DNA of 48,052 bases from Candidatus Rokuibacteriota bacterium (GTDB lineage: Bacteria > Methylomirabilota > Methylomirabilia > Rokubacteriales > DASRDR01): NCBI GenBank assembly GCA_044866005.1, contig JBIOTN010000070.1, positions 1 to 48,052 of the forward strand. The letters are read 5' to 3'. The notes beneath the pieces are model-generated. The model saw nothing but the letters and a program-made list of their open reading frames with translations. It was not told the DNA's origin and did not search any database. Positions 23,838 to 33,762 of the stretch are shown piece by piece (within the stretch, counting starts at the first letter, position 1; each line of letters opens with the position of its first letter). The position numbers and the translations under genes are program-made.

Positions 23838-26800
23838 ATGGCGCCGCGCGCCGACTTCGTCCACCTCCACGTCCACTCCGAGTACAGCCTGCTCGACGGG
23901 GCCGCCCACCTCCGCCGCCTGGTCGACCGCGCGGCGCGGCTCGGATTCCCGGCGCTCGCGCTCACGGATCACGGAAACCTCTTCGGCGCGATGGAGTTCT
24001 ATCAGCTCGCGCGCGAGGCCGGGGTCAAGCCGATCCTCGGCGTCGAGCTCTACGTCGCCCCCGGGGGCCGCTTCGAGAAGGCGCCGCTCGACGGCCAGTA
24101 CGAGGGGGCGAACCACGTGACCGTGCTGGTGCGGAACCTCGCCGGGTACCGAAACCTCATCAGGCTGGTGTCGAAAGGCTACCTCGAGGGCTTCTACTAC
24201 AAGCCGCGCGTGGACAAGGAGCTCCTGGCGCAGCACGCGGACGGGCTGCTCGTCCTCTCGGGGTGCCTGAACTCCGAGGTCGCGCGCCTGCTGCTGGCCG
24301 GCGAGGAGCGGCGCGCGCGGGAGGTCGCCGGCTGGTACGCGGAGGTCTTCGGGCGCGAGCACTATTTCATGGAGGTGCAGGCGCACGGCCTCCCCGATCA
24401 GATCCGGGTGACCGAGGGGACGATCGGCATCGCTCGGGCGCTCGGGGTGGGGCTGGCCGGGACGAACGACGCCCACTACCTCGAGGCGGCCGACGGGCGG
24501 GCGCACGAGGTCCTGCTCTGCCTCCAGACCGGCGCGAAGCTCTCGGACCCCAGCCGCTGGCGGTTCGCCACCGAGGAGTTCTACCTCAAATCGGCCGAGG
24601 AGATGCGGAAGGTCTTCGCCGAGCTGCCCGACGCTTACGCGAACACGATGGCGGTGGCGGAGCGCTGCGAGCTCGAGCTGACCTTCGACCGGTTCCACCT
24701 GCCGCGCTACGAGGTCCCCCCCGGCCATACCCTGGACTCCTATCTCCGGGAGCTCGCCGAGGCGGGACTCCGGCTGCGCTACCCGGACCCGACGCCCGAC
24801 GTCCTGGAGCGGCTGGCGTACGAGCTCGCGGTCATCCGGGAGATGCAGTTCTCCGGCTACTTCCTCGTCGTGTGGGACTTCATCAAGTACGCGAAGGACC
24901 GCCAGATCGCCGTGGGACCCGGTCGGGGCTCCGCGGCCGCGTCGCTGGTGGCGTACTGCCTCGGCATCACGACGGTCGACCCGCTGCGCTACGGGCTCGT
25001 GTTCGAGCGGTTCTTGAACCCGGGCCGCAAGTCGATGCCCGACATGGACATCGACTTCGCCGACGACCGCCGGGACGAGGTGATCGAGTACGTGGTCCGC
25101 AAATACGGGCGCGACAAGGTGGCCCAGATCATCACGTTCAACGTGCTGAAGGCCAAGGCCGTCATCCGCGACGTGGGACGCGTGCTGGGGATGCCGTTCG
25201 GCGAGGTGGACCGGATCGCGAAGTTCGTCCCCGAGACGCTCAACATCACGCTCGACGACGCCCTCCGGCAGAGTCCGGCCCTCGCCGAAGCCGTGAAGAC
25301 GCGGCCCGAGGTGGCCGAGCTCTGGCAGATCGCCAAGCGCCTGGAAGGCCTGTCCCGGCACGCCGGCAAGCATGCCGCCGGGGTCGTCATCTCCGACGAG
25401 CCGCTGATCGAGCACGTGCCCCTCTATCGCGATCCGAAGAGCGAGGAGGTCATCACCCAGTACCCGATGGGGCCCATCGAGCGGCTCGGCCTCCTCAAGA
25501 TGGACTTCCTCGGTCTCCGCACGCTGACCGTCATTGCCAATGCCGTCCAGCTCATCCGGGAGAGCCGGGGCGCGGCGGTGGATCCGGAGCGGATCCCCCT
25601 GGACGACGCCCGCACTTACCAGCTCCTCTCGGAGGCCCGGACGTTCGGCGTGTTCCAGCTCGAGTCGACGGGGATGCGGGAGGCCCTCCGCCAGCTTCGC
25701 CCCGAGCGGCTCGAAGACGTCATCGCCATGGTCGCCCTGTACCGGCCGGGCCCCATGCAGATGATCCCGGACTTCACCGCGCGCCGGCACGGGCGCGTCA
25801 AGTCGAGCTACGACCACCCGCTCATGGAGAAGCACCTCCAGGAGACCTACGGCATCATGGTCTACCAGGAGCAGGTGCTGCGGATCGCGGCCGATCTCGC
25901 GGGATTCTCCATGGGCGAAGCCGACGACCTCCGCAAGGCCATGGGCAAGAAGAAGCCCGAGCTCATGGCCGAGCAGCGCGCCAAGTTCCTGGCCGGCGCG
26001 AAGACGCGCGGCGTCAGAGAAAAGGTCGCCGAGCGGATCTTCGAGTTGATGGAGAAGTTCGCGGGCTACGGCTTCAACAAGGCCCACGCCACGGCCTACG
26101 GGATCATCGCCTACCAGACGGCGTACCTGAAGGCGAACTACCCGGTGGAGTTCATGGCCGCCCTGCTGACCTCCGAGATGGCGAACACCGACAAGGTGGT
26201 CGTCCACATCGAGGAGTGCCGGGCCATGGGGATCGAGCTGTCGCCGCCCGACGTCAACGTCTCCGGGCTCCGGTTCAGCGTGGCGGGGGAGACCATCCGG
26301 TTCGGCCTGGGCGCGATCAAGAACGTCGGCGAGAAGGCCATCGAGTCGATCGTGGCGGCGCGGGACCGCGAGGGCGCGTTCGCCGGCCTCGTCGACTTCT
26401 GCCGCCGCGTGGACATCCAGCTCGTCAACCGGCGGGTCGTGGAGAGCCTCATCAAGGCCGGCGCGTTCGACTCCCTGGGCCAGGCGCGCGCCCACCTGCT
26501 GGCGACCCTGGACGGGGCGTTCGAGGCCGGCCAGCGCCACCACCGCGAGCAGGCGGAAGGCCAGGCCTCCATCTTCGATCTGCTCGGGACGGGCCCGGGA
26601 GGCCGGCCGGCGGCGGAGCCGGCAACGACCGAGCCGCCCGTGCCCGAGTGGGAGCCGGACCAGCTCCTCCTCTACGAGAAGGAGGTGCTCGGCTTCTACC
26701 TCTCCGGCCACCCCCTCAAGCGCGTGTGGGCCGAGGCGCAGCGCCTGGGGGCGGTGGGCACCGCCGAGCTCGCGAGCCGCGACGACGGCTCGCGCGTCGT

Positions 26801-27287
26801 CGTGTGCGGGCTCGTCGGCGGGCTGCGGGAGATCAACACCAAGAACGGCGACCGCATGGCCTTCGTGACGCTCGAGGACATGGACGGGACGGTCGAGCTC
26901 ACCGTCTTCCCAGAGACCTTCCGGCAGAGCGGGGGACACCTGCGGAGCGGCCTGCCGCTCCTGGTGCGGGGTCGGGTCGAGGGCGCGACGCCGCCCCGCA
27001 AGCTCCTCGCCGAGGACATCCGGCCGCTCGGGGAGGGGGAGGGCGGCCCGGCGCCGGCGGCCGCCTGCCGGGTCCGTGTCGCCGTCCCGGGCGCGACGCA
27101 TGAGGCCCTCCGGGCCCTTCGCGCGCTCTGCGACCTCCATCCGGGGCCGGCACCCCTCTACCTCCACCTGGCGGTGGGGGAGGCGGAGATCGTGGTGCGG
27201 GCGCGCGGCGTGGGGGTGCGCCCGTCGCCCGCCCTGGTCGCCGCGGTGGAGGGCCTCCTGGGCCGCCGGAGCATCCGGCTGGACTGA
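23838..27287 (+). CDS. dnaE: DNA polymerase III alpha subunit
   Basis: [42 protein letters not shown]. Alternative GTG start at 23826. Confidence 0.98.
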   Translation: MAPRADFVHLHVHSEYSLLDGAAHLRRLVDRAARLGFPALALTDHGNLFGAMEFYQLAREAGVKPILGVELYVAPGGRFEKAPLDGQYEGANHVTVLVRNLAGYRNLIRLVSKGYLEGFYYKPRVDKELLAQHADGLLVLSGCLNSEVARLLLAGEERRAREVAGWYAEVFGREHYFMEVQAHGLPDQIRVTEGTIGIARALGVGLAGTNDAHYLEAADGRAHEVLLCLQTGAKLSDPSRWRFATEEFYLKSAEEMRKVFAELPDAYANTMAVAERCELELTFDRFHLPRYEVPPGHTLDSYLRELAEAGLRLRYPDPTPDVLERLAYELAVIREMQFSGYFLVVWDFIKYAKDRQIAVGPGRGSAAASLVAYCLGITTVDPLRYGLVFERFLNPGRKSMPDMDIDFADDRRDEVIEYVVRKYGRDKVAQIITFNVLKAKAVIRDVGRVLGMPFGEVDRIAKFVPETLNITLDDALRQSPALAEAVKTRPEVAELWQIAKRLEGLSRHAGKHAAGVVISDEPLIEHVPLYRDPKSEEVITQYPMGPIERLGLLKMDFLGLRTLTVIANAVQLIRESRGAAVDPERIPLDDARTYQLLSEARTFGVFQLESTGMREALRQLRPERLEDVIAMVALYRPGPMQMIPDFTARRHGRVKSSYDHPLMEKHLQETYGIMVYQEQVLRIAADLAGFSMGEADDLRKAMGKKKPELMAEQRAKFLAGAKTRGVREKVAERIFELMEKFAGYGFNKAHATAYGIIAYQTAYLKANYPVEFMAALLTSEMANTDKVVVHIEECRAMGIELSPPDVNVSGLRFSVAGETIRFGLGAIKNVGEKAIESIVAARDREGAFAGLVDFCRRVDIQLVNRRVVESLIKAGAFDSLGQARAHLLATLDGAFEAGQRHHREQAEGQASIFDLLGTGPGGRPAAEPATTEPPVPEWEPDQLLLYEKEVLGFYLSGHPLKRVWAEAQRLGAVGTAELASRDDGSRVVVCGLVGGLREINTKNGDRMAFVTLEDMDGTVELTVFPETFRQSGGHLRSGLPLLVRGRVEGATPPRKLLAEDIRPLGEGEGGPAPAAACRVRVAVPGATHEALRALRALCDLHPGPAPLYLHLAVGEAEIVVRARGVGVRPSPALVAAVEGLLGRRSIRLD

Positions 27288-27291
27288 GCCC

Positions 27292-28251
27292 ATGGCGACG
27301 GTGGGCGACACGCTCGACTTCGAGAAGCCGCTGGTCGAGCTGGAAGCCCGGATCGGCGCCCTGCGGCAGGCCGATCGGCCGGGAGCCGCCGTCCAGGCGG
27401 CTGAGCTCGAGGAGCGGCTCCGGCGGCTCCAGCGCAAGGTCTTCGGCAGCCTCACCGCATGGCAGCGCGTCCAGCTCGCCCGTCATCCGCGGCGGCCCTA
27501 CGTCCTCGACTTCGTGCGCCTGCTCATGGACGACTTCATCGAGCTGCACGGCGACCGCCTCTTCGGCGACGACCACGCCATCGTGGGCGGGCTGGCGCGG
27601 TTCGGCGCGCGCTCGGTGGTCGTCGTGGGGCAGCAGAAGGGGCGCGACACCAAGGAGAAGCTCTTTCGCAACTTCGGCATGCCGCATCCGGAAGGGTACC
27701 GGAAAGCGCTCCGGCTCATGCAGCTCGCCGAGAAGTTCGAGAAGCCCGTCATCACGCTGATCGACACGCCCGGCGCCTATCCGGGCCTCGGCGCCGAGGA
27801 GCGCGGGCAGGCCGAGGCCATCGCGCGGAACCTGCGCGAGATGGCGGGTCTCCGGACACCGATCGTCGCCGTGGTGACCGGCGAGGGCGGTAGCGGCGGG
27901 GCCCTGGCCCTCGGCGTCGCCGACCGGGTCCTCATGCTGGAGCACGCGATCTATTCGGTGATCTCGCCGGAAGGGTGTGCGGCGATCCTGTGGGAAGACG
28001 CGCGGCGGGCCCGGGACGCGGCCGAGGTGCTCCGGATCACCGCGCCCGATCTCCTCAAGCTCGGCGTGATCGACGCCGTCGTGGGGGAGCCGCCGGGCGG
28101 CGCCCACCGGAACTGGGAGGCGGCGGCGAAAGCGGTCCGCGCCGCGATCGAGGACGCGCTCGGGGAGCTGCGCGGGCTCAGCGGGGACGAACTGGTCCAG
28201 CAGCGCTACGCCAGGTTCCGGCGCATGGGGGTCTTCGAAGAGACCCTCTGA
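27292..28251 (+). CDS. accA: Acetyl-CoA carboxylase carboxyltransferase alpha subunit
   Basis: [37 protein letters not shown]. Confidence 0.97.
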   Translation: MATVGDTLDFEKPLVELEARIGALRQADRPGAAVQAAELEERLRRLQRKVFGSLTAWQRVQLARHPRRPYVLDFVRLLMDDFIELHGDRLFGDDHAIVGGLARFGARSVVVVGQQKGRDTKEKLFRNFGMPHPEGYRKALRLMQLAEKFEKPVITLIDTPGAYPGLGAEERGQAEAIARNLREMAGLRTPIVAVVTGEGGSGGALALGVADRVLMLEHAIYSVISPEGCAAILWEDARRARDAAEVLRITAPDLLKLGVIDAVVGEPPGGAHRNWEAAAKAVRAAIEDALGELRGLSGDELVQQRYARFRRMGVFEETL

Positions 28252-28269
28252 CCCGGTCCTCCTTGACGA

Positions 28270-28453
28270 GATCCGCCCCCTCGTCCCGGGGCAGGCAGGC
28301 TCGAGCCGGTCGCTTCACTCGCGGCCGGGACGGCCGCGAGGCCGCAGGCCGAGCGCGTCACGGCCCAGCGGAAACCGCCGAGCGGCCAAGGCGCAGGCCG
28401 GGCGGGGCCGTCGGCCCCCGGCCGGGGAGGCGCGGATCGAGCGCCGCAGGCGC
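28270..28453. repeat. Cluster of hairpins between convergent genes (REP/MITE-like or ncRNA)
   Basis: ctcgcggccg-gga-cggccgcgag, ggccgcaggcc, gcgccgcaggcgc, outer gatccgc/gcggatc. Confidence 0.45.
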
Positions 28454-28487
28454 GTGAGACGTGACGGGGAGCCGGAAAGGGGGGGCG

Positions 28488-29489
28488 TCAGCCCCCCGCC
28501 GAAGTGAGAAGCGCCGCCGCCGTGTCCTCGTCGGTCACGAGGACGTTGGCGAAGCGGCCCCGCATCGCCCCCAGGATCGCGTCCCGCTTGTCGGGCCCCC
28601 CCGCCACCGCGATCACCAGCTTGCCGTAGGACGCGGAGAGGTCGCGCATCCGGTCCGCGGTCACCGCCAGCACCCGCTGCGTCAGGGGGCGCAGCTCTTT
28701 CCGGTCCACGATGACGCCGTGCCGGTCGTACGGGTGGTAGTTGATCTCGCCGACCACGCCGAGCGCCCGCAGCCGCCTCACGCTGACCCCGTAGAACGCG
28801 GCCAGCGAGCAGAAGCCCGCGGTCGCCTCGCCGATGAGCCCGATCCCGACCAGGGCGATGTCCACGTCGTTCGCCCCCTCGTAGATCCGCCGGATGTCCC
28901 GGTTCCGGAGCAGCCGGCGCCGCTCCCGCTGGCTCTCCGCCACCGAGCCGAGCACCTGGACGGGGAGGGCGTACGCGCGGACGGGGGGCCGATACTTGGC
29001 CGCCATCATGCCGACCAGGGTGTTGGGGAAGAGGTCCACGAGCTGGAGGGTGCTCTCGGCGGACAGAGGATAGAGCTCGAGATCGCGGAAGCGGCGCTCC
29101 CGGAGCGCCCGGATCGTGCAGTAGAGGGTGTAGCCGCAGGAGAGCCCGACGCGGATGCCGTCGGTCGCGACCTTCTCGAAGTACCGCGCCGCCGCGACGC
29201 CCAGGTCCTCCTTGATGTCGCGCGGCTCCCCGAGCGGGATCACGACCGCGTCGCGAAGCTTGAAGCGCTCGACGAGCGCCGCCTCCAGCCGCGGTCGCTT
29301 GGGCAGCTCGACTTCCACGCGGACGATCCCTTCGGCGAAGGCGCGCTTGAGGAGCCGCGAGACCTTGGACGAGGACACGCCCAGCTCGCGCGCGATCTCG
29401 TTCTGGTGCCGCTGGGCCCGGTAGTAGAGCTGAACGCACCGGACCATCTGCCGCAGCTCGTCCTGGCCGCCCTCGCGCCGTCCGCCCAT
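28488..29489 (-). CDS. SorC/DeoR/CggR-family sugar-phosphate-binding transcriptional regulator
   Basis: HTH QNEIARELGVSSSKVSRLL..A..EGIV; sugar-binding domain GLSCGYT, DIALVGIG, VAGGPDK, NVLVTDE. Confidence 0.9.
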   Translation of the reverse strand: MGGRREGGQDELRQMVRCVQLYYRAQRHQNEIARELGVSSSKVSRLLKRAFAEGIVRVEVELPKRPRLEAALVERFKLRDAVVIPLGEPRDIKEDLGVAAARYFEKVATDGIRVGLSCGYTLYCTIRALRERRFRDLELYPLSAESTLQLVDLFPNTLVGMMAAKYRPPVRAYALPVQVLGSVAESQRERRRLLRNRDIRRIYEGANDVDIALVGIGLIGEATAGFCSLAAFYGVSVRRLRALGVVGEINYHPYDRHGVIVDRKELRPLTQRVLAVTADRMRDLSASYGKLVIAVAGGPDKRDAILGAMRGRFANVLVTDEDTAAALLTSAGG

Positions 29490-29498
29490 CTCGCCCTC

Positions 29499-29514
29499 CT
29501 GCAAGAAATTGCAG
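29499..29514. promoter_or_regulatory. Candidate operator palindrome in the divergent regulator/FBPA-P spacer
   Basis: ctgcaa-gaaa-ttgcag in an AT-rich stretch. Confidence 0.4.
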
Positions 29515-29531
29515 CATCCGCAGTTTTTGTC

Positions 29532-29561
29532 TTGACAGGTCCGATTCTAGCAGGCTAAGGT
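29532..29561 (+). promoter_or_regulatory. Sigma70-type promoter for the FBP aldolase/phosphatase gene
   Basis: TTGACA-18 nt-TAAGGT. Confidence 0.55.
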
Positions 29562-29630
29562 AAAAGCAATCAGGGTTTTCGGCGCGCCGCCGTGCGCACC
29601 GGTCCCAACTCACTCTGACGGAGGCCAGGC

Positions 29631-31115
29631 ATGGCAAGCCAGAAGCGGTATGGGACGAACGGGAGCGGGCGCGGGATGTCCCTCGGCGACTATCACCAGT
29701 CGCGGGACAATCTCCAGGAATTTCCCCCCACCACGACCGAGAAGATCCTCGCCACCAACACCCCCAACGTGTTCTCCCACAAGGCCTACGTCTTCGCGAA
29801 GAAGCCCGAGCTCGTCCAGCGGTTCCTCAAGGCCACCAAGGCCGACGTGGGCGGCGTCGGCGGCCACGTGGTCGCCGCCGAGGAGGTCAAAGGAGTCATC
29901 GCGCGGTTCGTGCTCCAGAACAACGTCTACCACGGCGCACCGATCTTCAGCTCGCTCATGGTGACGCATACCGGCGACGACGTGGCGGTCACCGGCATCA
30001 TGACGGAGCGCGTGCCGATGGAGGTGGTGGACGAGCTCATGTGGGACGCCCTGATCGAGGGGACGGCGAAGGCGACGGAGCTCGGGCTCTACGGACCCGG
30101 CCAGGACCTGATCGCCGACGCCTTCACGGGCAACCTGCGCGGGGCCGGGCCCGCCAGCGTCGTGCTCCCCCTGCCGGTGCGCCCGGAGAACCCCTCGCAG
30201 ACCATCGTGCTCGCGTTCGCGGACAAGACCGAGCCGATGGCCTTCAACTACTTCGCCACCGGCGCATACCTGCTGCCGCGCTTCAACACCGGGCTCGTCA
30301 TCGCCTCGTCGAAGATGAAGCGCGGCTACATCTTCGAGATCGTGGACCTCGACACGAAGGCGCAGGCGATCGAGGCGGGGGCGCATCCCAAGGACCAGCG
30401 CGCCCTGGACGGGAAGATGGAGGAGCTGGCCAAGGGGCTGCAGGAGAAGGTGATCGCCCTCCGCGCGCCCGAGGACCTCTACGACATCGAGGGGCTCACG
30501 CGCTCGTCCCGGTACGTCGTCGCGCGGATCTGGACACGCGACGAGCGGAACGAGAAGGCGCAGCTCGGCTACGTCGTCTCGGCCGAGCGCCTGCACAACA
30601 TCAAGACGAAGAAGGGCTTCACCTACGGCGGCAAGGACGACCCGGTGCTCGTGGCCTTCGCCCAGGGCGACTGGCCGGCCCCCGGCGAGCTGACGTCCCC
30701 GTGGGCGGCGTGCCCCATGGTCGCCGGTGACTGCCGCGGGAGCCATCACCTCCACATCCTGCCGGTCCCGATCAACTGGCAGACGTCCTACTGGTCGGGG
30801 CCGATCCTCTCCTGCGTCACGCTCTCGGTGAACCTCAACGCCGGCCGCATCGGCGCCATCTCGGACCAGTTCGCGCTCGGCACGCCGTGGGACTGGGTCC
30901 GCCAGCGCGCGTCCGAGCTCGCCGTGCAGTTCCGGACGGCGCACGGTATCAAGCAGCCGGCGACCCTCCACGAGGACGAGCTCGAGTACCAGGAGGGCTG
31001 GAAGGAGCGCCGCACCCGGCTCGAGGCCCGCTTCGAGCTCAAGCCGCCGCTCACCTGGAACGGCAACGGCCGGAAGGGCCGCGAGCGGGTCCCCAAGGCG
31101 CCGGCGCGAGCCTGA
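29631..31115 (+). CDS. fbp: Class V fructose-1,6-bisphosphate aldolase/phosphatase (archaeal type), extended
   Basis: KADVGGVGGH, GDD, LYGPGQDL..DAFTGN.RG.GP, ADKTEP, YGGKDDP, RGSH, ELEY. Confidence 0.85.
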   Translation: MASQKRYGTNGSGRGMSLGDYHQSRDNLQEFPPTTTEKILATNTPNVFSHKAYVFAKKPELVQRFLKATKADVGGVGGHVVAAEEVKGVIARFVLQNNVYHGAPIFSSLMVTHTGDDVAVTGIMTERVPMEVVDELMWDALIEGTAKATELGLYGPGQDLIADAFTGNLRGAGPASVVLPLPVRPENPSQTIVLAFADKTEPMAFNYFATGAYLLPRFNTGLVIASSKMKRGYIFEIVDLDTKAQAIEAGAHPKDQRALDGKMEELAKGLQEKVIALRAPEDLYDIEGLTRSSRYVVARIWTRDERNEKAQLGYVVSAERLHNIKTKKGFTYGGKDDPVLVAFAQGDWPAPGELTSPWAACPMVAGDCRGSHHLHILPVPINWQTSYWSGPILSCVTLSVNLNAGRIGAISDQFALGTPWDWVRQRASELAVQFRTAHGIKQPATLHEDELEYQEGWKERRTRLEARFELKPPLTWNGNGRKGRERVPKAPARA

Positions 31116-31136
31116 CCGCGGGGCATTTCGATGCCA

Positions 31137-31170
31137 GGCTCCCCTGGTGGCATGCGCCGCCAGGGGAGTC
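31137..31170 (+). terminator. 15-bp hairpin after fbp (terminator or stabiliser; no U-tract)
   Basis: ggctcccctggtggc-atgc-gccgccaggggagtc with two G-U pairs. Confidence 0.5.
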
Positions 31171-31236
31171 GTGCGTTCGGCGACGCTGACGGCACGGCGC
31201 GGCGCCCCGGGCGCGCGCGGATTTCCGCGCGTTCGA

Positions 31237-31265
31237 TTGACAAGGCATGAGGCGGGTGATAGTGT
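31237..31265 (+). promoter_or_regulatory. Sigma70-type promoter for the DUF151 operon
   Basis: TTGACA-17 nt-TAGTGT with TG extension. Confidence 0.65.
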
Positions 31266-31368
31266 GAGGGCGTAATCGCCGAAAACTCCCGAATCCTATG
31301 CCGAAATCCGAGATCCTGCCAGGCGCGTCGGTCGACGCGGGGGATGAGGTCGTCAGGAGGGAGAGGCC

Positions 31369-31857
31369 ATGTGGGTTGAGATGAAGGTCCGAGGGCTCGC
31401 CCTGGACCCGGTATCCAACATGCCCATCATCATCCTGCGCGACGAGGAAGAGAAGCGCTCTCTCCCCATCTGGGTGGGCATCTTCGAAGCCAACGCCATC
31501 GCCCTCGAGCTGGAGAAGATCTCGACCCCCCGGCCGATGACGCACGACCTCATCAAGAACATCCTGGAGTCCGTCGAGGCGAAGGTCGAGAAGATCGTCG
31601 TCAACGACCTTCGCGACAACACCTTCTTCGCGCTCATCCACCTGCGGCTCGGGGAGGAGGAGATCACCGTGGACTCGCGCCCCTCGGACGCCATCGCGCT
31701 GGCGCTCCGCGTGGGCGCGCCGATCTTCGTGGACGAGGACGTGGTGCGGCGAGCCAAGAGCGTCGAGGTCGCGCCGAAGGAATCGGACGACCAGGAGAAG
31801 CTGAAGGAGTGGCTGGAGAACCTCAAGCCGGAGGACTTCGGCAAGTACAAGATGTAA
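31369..31857 (+). CDS. Bifunctional nuclease family protein (DUF151)
   Basis: [28 protein letters not shown]. Confidence 0.92.
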   Translation: MWVEMKVRGLALDPVSNMPIIILRDEEEKRSLPIWVGIFEANAIALELEKISTPRPMTHDLIKNILESVEAKVEKIVVNDLRDNTFFALIHLRLGEEEITVDSRPSDAIALALRVGAPIFVDEDVVRRAKSVEVAPKESDDQEKLKEWLENLKPEDFGKYKM

Positions 31858-31877
31858 CCGACGGCAGCGGGCGCCCT

Positions 31878-33026
31878 CTGCGCGTCGGGCTCTTCACCAA
31901 CAACTACCTCCCCATGCTGGGGGGCGTCTCGACCGCCGTCGAGACCGTCCGGGCAGCCCTGGAGCGTCTCGGGCACGAGGTCGTCGTCGTCGCGCCCGAG
32001 ATGGCGGGGGCGTGCGACACGACGGCGCGGGTCGTCCGGGTTCCCGCCGTCCCGGCCCCGACCTATCCGGACTTCTCGCTGCCGCTGCCCGTCCCGCCTG
32101 CCGCCGCTCGCCACCTCGCCGCCCTCGACCTCGACGTCGTCCACGCCCAGCACCCGTTTCTCCTCGGAGGGACGGCCCGCCGCCTCGCGCGGCGGCTCGG
32201 GCGGCCGCTCGTCTTCACCTACCACACGCTCTACGACAAGTATGCCCACTACGTGCCGCTGCCGCGCCCCCTGGTCGCGCGGGCGGCCGTGGCGTGGAGC
32301 ACGCGCTTCGCCAACACCGCCGACGCCGTCGTCGCCCCCTCGGCCGCGCTCGCGGCGCGCCTGCGCGCCCAGGGGGTCCACCGGCCGATCGCGGTCGTGC
32401 CGACGGGCGTGGACCTGGCGCGGTTTCACCGCGGCGACCGGACCGCGGCGCGCGCCGCGGCCGGCTTGCCCGCACGCCCCCTCGTCCTCTACGTCGGGCG
32501 GCTCGACCGCGAGAAGAACGTGGCCTTCCTCCTCCAGGCCTTCGATCGACTCGCCCGCGCGCACGCGACGGCCGAGCTGGTGCTGGTCGGGCGGGGGACC
32601 CAGGACGCGGCGCTGCGGCGGCAGGCCCAGGGCCTCGCCGCCGGGAACCGGATCCGCTTCGCGGGCGGCGTGGCGCCGGCCGAGGTCGTCGGCTACTACC
32701 AGGCGGCGGACCTCTTCCTGTTCGCCTCGACGACCGAGACGCAGGGGCTGGCCGTCCTCGAGGCGATGGCCGTCGGCCTGCCCGTCGTCGCGATCCGCGC
32801 CACCGGCGTCGAAGAGGCGGTGGTGGACGGCGTGAGCGGGCTCCTCGTGCCCGAGGACGCCGACGTCTTCGCCGCGGCCGCCCTCGAGGTGCTCCGCGAC
32901 GGGCACCTCGCGACCAAGCTCGCCTCGGGCGCCCGCGCGGCGGCACGGCCCTTCGCGGCGTCGGTCCTCGCGGCGCGACTGGTGGCGCTCTACCGGCGGC
33001 TCTCGCGGCCGCGCCCGGCCGCATGA
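31878..33026 (+). CDS. GT4 glycosyltransferase (diacylglycerol glucosyltransferase-like)
   Basis: RVGLFTNNYLP..GGV, TYHT, YVGRLDREKN, ETQGLAVLEAMA. Start uncertain (CTG 31878 or GTG 31809). Confidence 0.85.
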   Translation: MRVGLFTNNYLPMLGGVSTAVETVRAALERLGHEVVVVAPEMAGACDTTARVVRVPAVPAPTYPDFSLPLPVPPAAARHLAALDLDVVHAQHPFLLGGTARRLARRLGRPLVFTYHTLYDKYAHYVPLPRPLVARAAVAWSTRFANTADAVVAPSAALAARLRAQGVHRPIAVVPTGVDLARFHRGDRTAARAAAGLPARPLVLYVGRLDREKNVAFLLQAFDRLARAHATAELVLVGRGTQDAALRRQAQGLAAGNRIRFAGGVAPAEVVGYYQAADLFLFASTTETQGLAVLEAMAVGLPVVAIRATGVEEAVVDGVSGLLVPEDADVFAAAALEVLRDGHLATKLASGARAAARPFAASVLAARLVALYRRLSRPRPAA

Positions 33027-33274
33027 CGACGCCCCCCCGCGCCATCCGGATAACGCTGCAGGAGGCCTGGCGGCTCCCCAGCCACCGGGGGCTCCTCGAC
33101 GTGGACCCGCGCGTCCGGACGCTCTGCCGCGTGCTCGTCTCCTATCCCGAGGTCCGGCACATCCTGCCCGACCGCGTGAGCGTGGACGGCCTGGCCTCCA
33201 CGGACATCCTCGAGGCGATGTCCCGGTTCTTGAGCCGCCAGCGCTGGCTCGTGCGCGACGTGGAGATCGTGTGA
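33023..33274 (+). CDS. Small hypothetical protein (83 aa)
   Basis: ATGA overlap with the GT4 stop; protein-like composition. Confidence 0.65.
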   Translation: MTTPPRAIRITLQEAWRLPSHRGLLDVDPRVRTLCRVLVSYPEVRHILPDRVSVDGLASTDILEAMSRFLSRQRWLVRDVEIV

Positions 33275-33308
33275 GTGCCGGGCCGCGGCCCCGCCCGCGG
33301 GGGTCGCC

Positions 33309-33695
33309 ATGACCGGGCGGGCGGCCGAGCGCGCGGAGGCGCTCCGCCGGGTCGAGGCCGAGGTTCGTCGGGCGAAGGCCGAAGCGCTCGGCCGCCTGGG
33401 CGAGCGACTCGACGACCTCCTGGCCGAGCTGGCCGCCCTCGACCGACGCCTCGACGCGCGCCTCGCGGCGCTGCCGTCCGCGCCCGCGAGCCCGCGCGCG
33501 CTCGCGGCAGACGTCGAGGTGCGGAACCGGCTGCGGGACCGGGCCCAGGAGCTCGTCCAGCACCTCATCATCCAGCGCGAGGCGATCGGCCTCGTCCGCC
33601 ACGCCGCCGTGGCCGAGCACTATCGCGTGCCCCCGCGGCGGCCGGATCCCTTCCGCACGGACCTGGCCCACATGTCAACGCCGATAAAGAGTTAG
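33309..33695 (+). CDS. Helical hypothetical protein, DUF6665-like
   Basis: KAEALGRLG...IIQREAIGL..H..V..HY.VP pattern; family recalled from memory, not searched. Confidence 0.6.
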   Translation: MTGRAAERAEALRRVEAEVRRAKAEALGRLGERLDDLLAELAALDRRLDARLAALPSAPASPRALAADVEVRNRLRDRAQELVQHLIIQREAIGLVRHAAVAEHYRVPPRRPDPFRTDLAHMSTPIKS

Positions 33696-33742
33696 CCCGC
33701 CTCGGCTCAGACAGCCCTCGAATGAGGGGTCGACGCGCCTCC

Positions 33743-33751
33743 TGCTATACT
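33743..33751 (+). promoter_or_regulatory. Extended -10 element for paaK
   Basis: TGCTATACT just upstream of the ORF. Confidence 0.55.
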
Positions 33752-33762
33752 GGGCCGGACGG

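Noticed and set aside
23838..27287. Intein or split in dnaE
   Set aside because: Normal length with contiguous motifs and no intein signatures
23592..27455. Very long antisense or alternate-frame ORFs (also 6976-9597, 12782-15043, 20467-22740, 43619-46867, 44047-46617)
   Set aside because: They are shadow ORFs of well-supported genes, expected at very high GC, and have no recognisable motifs
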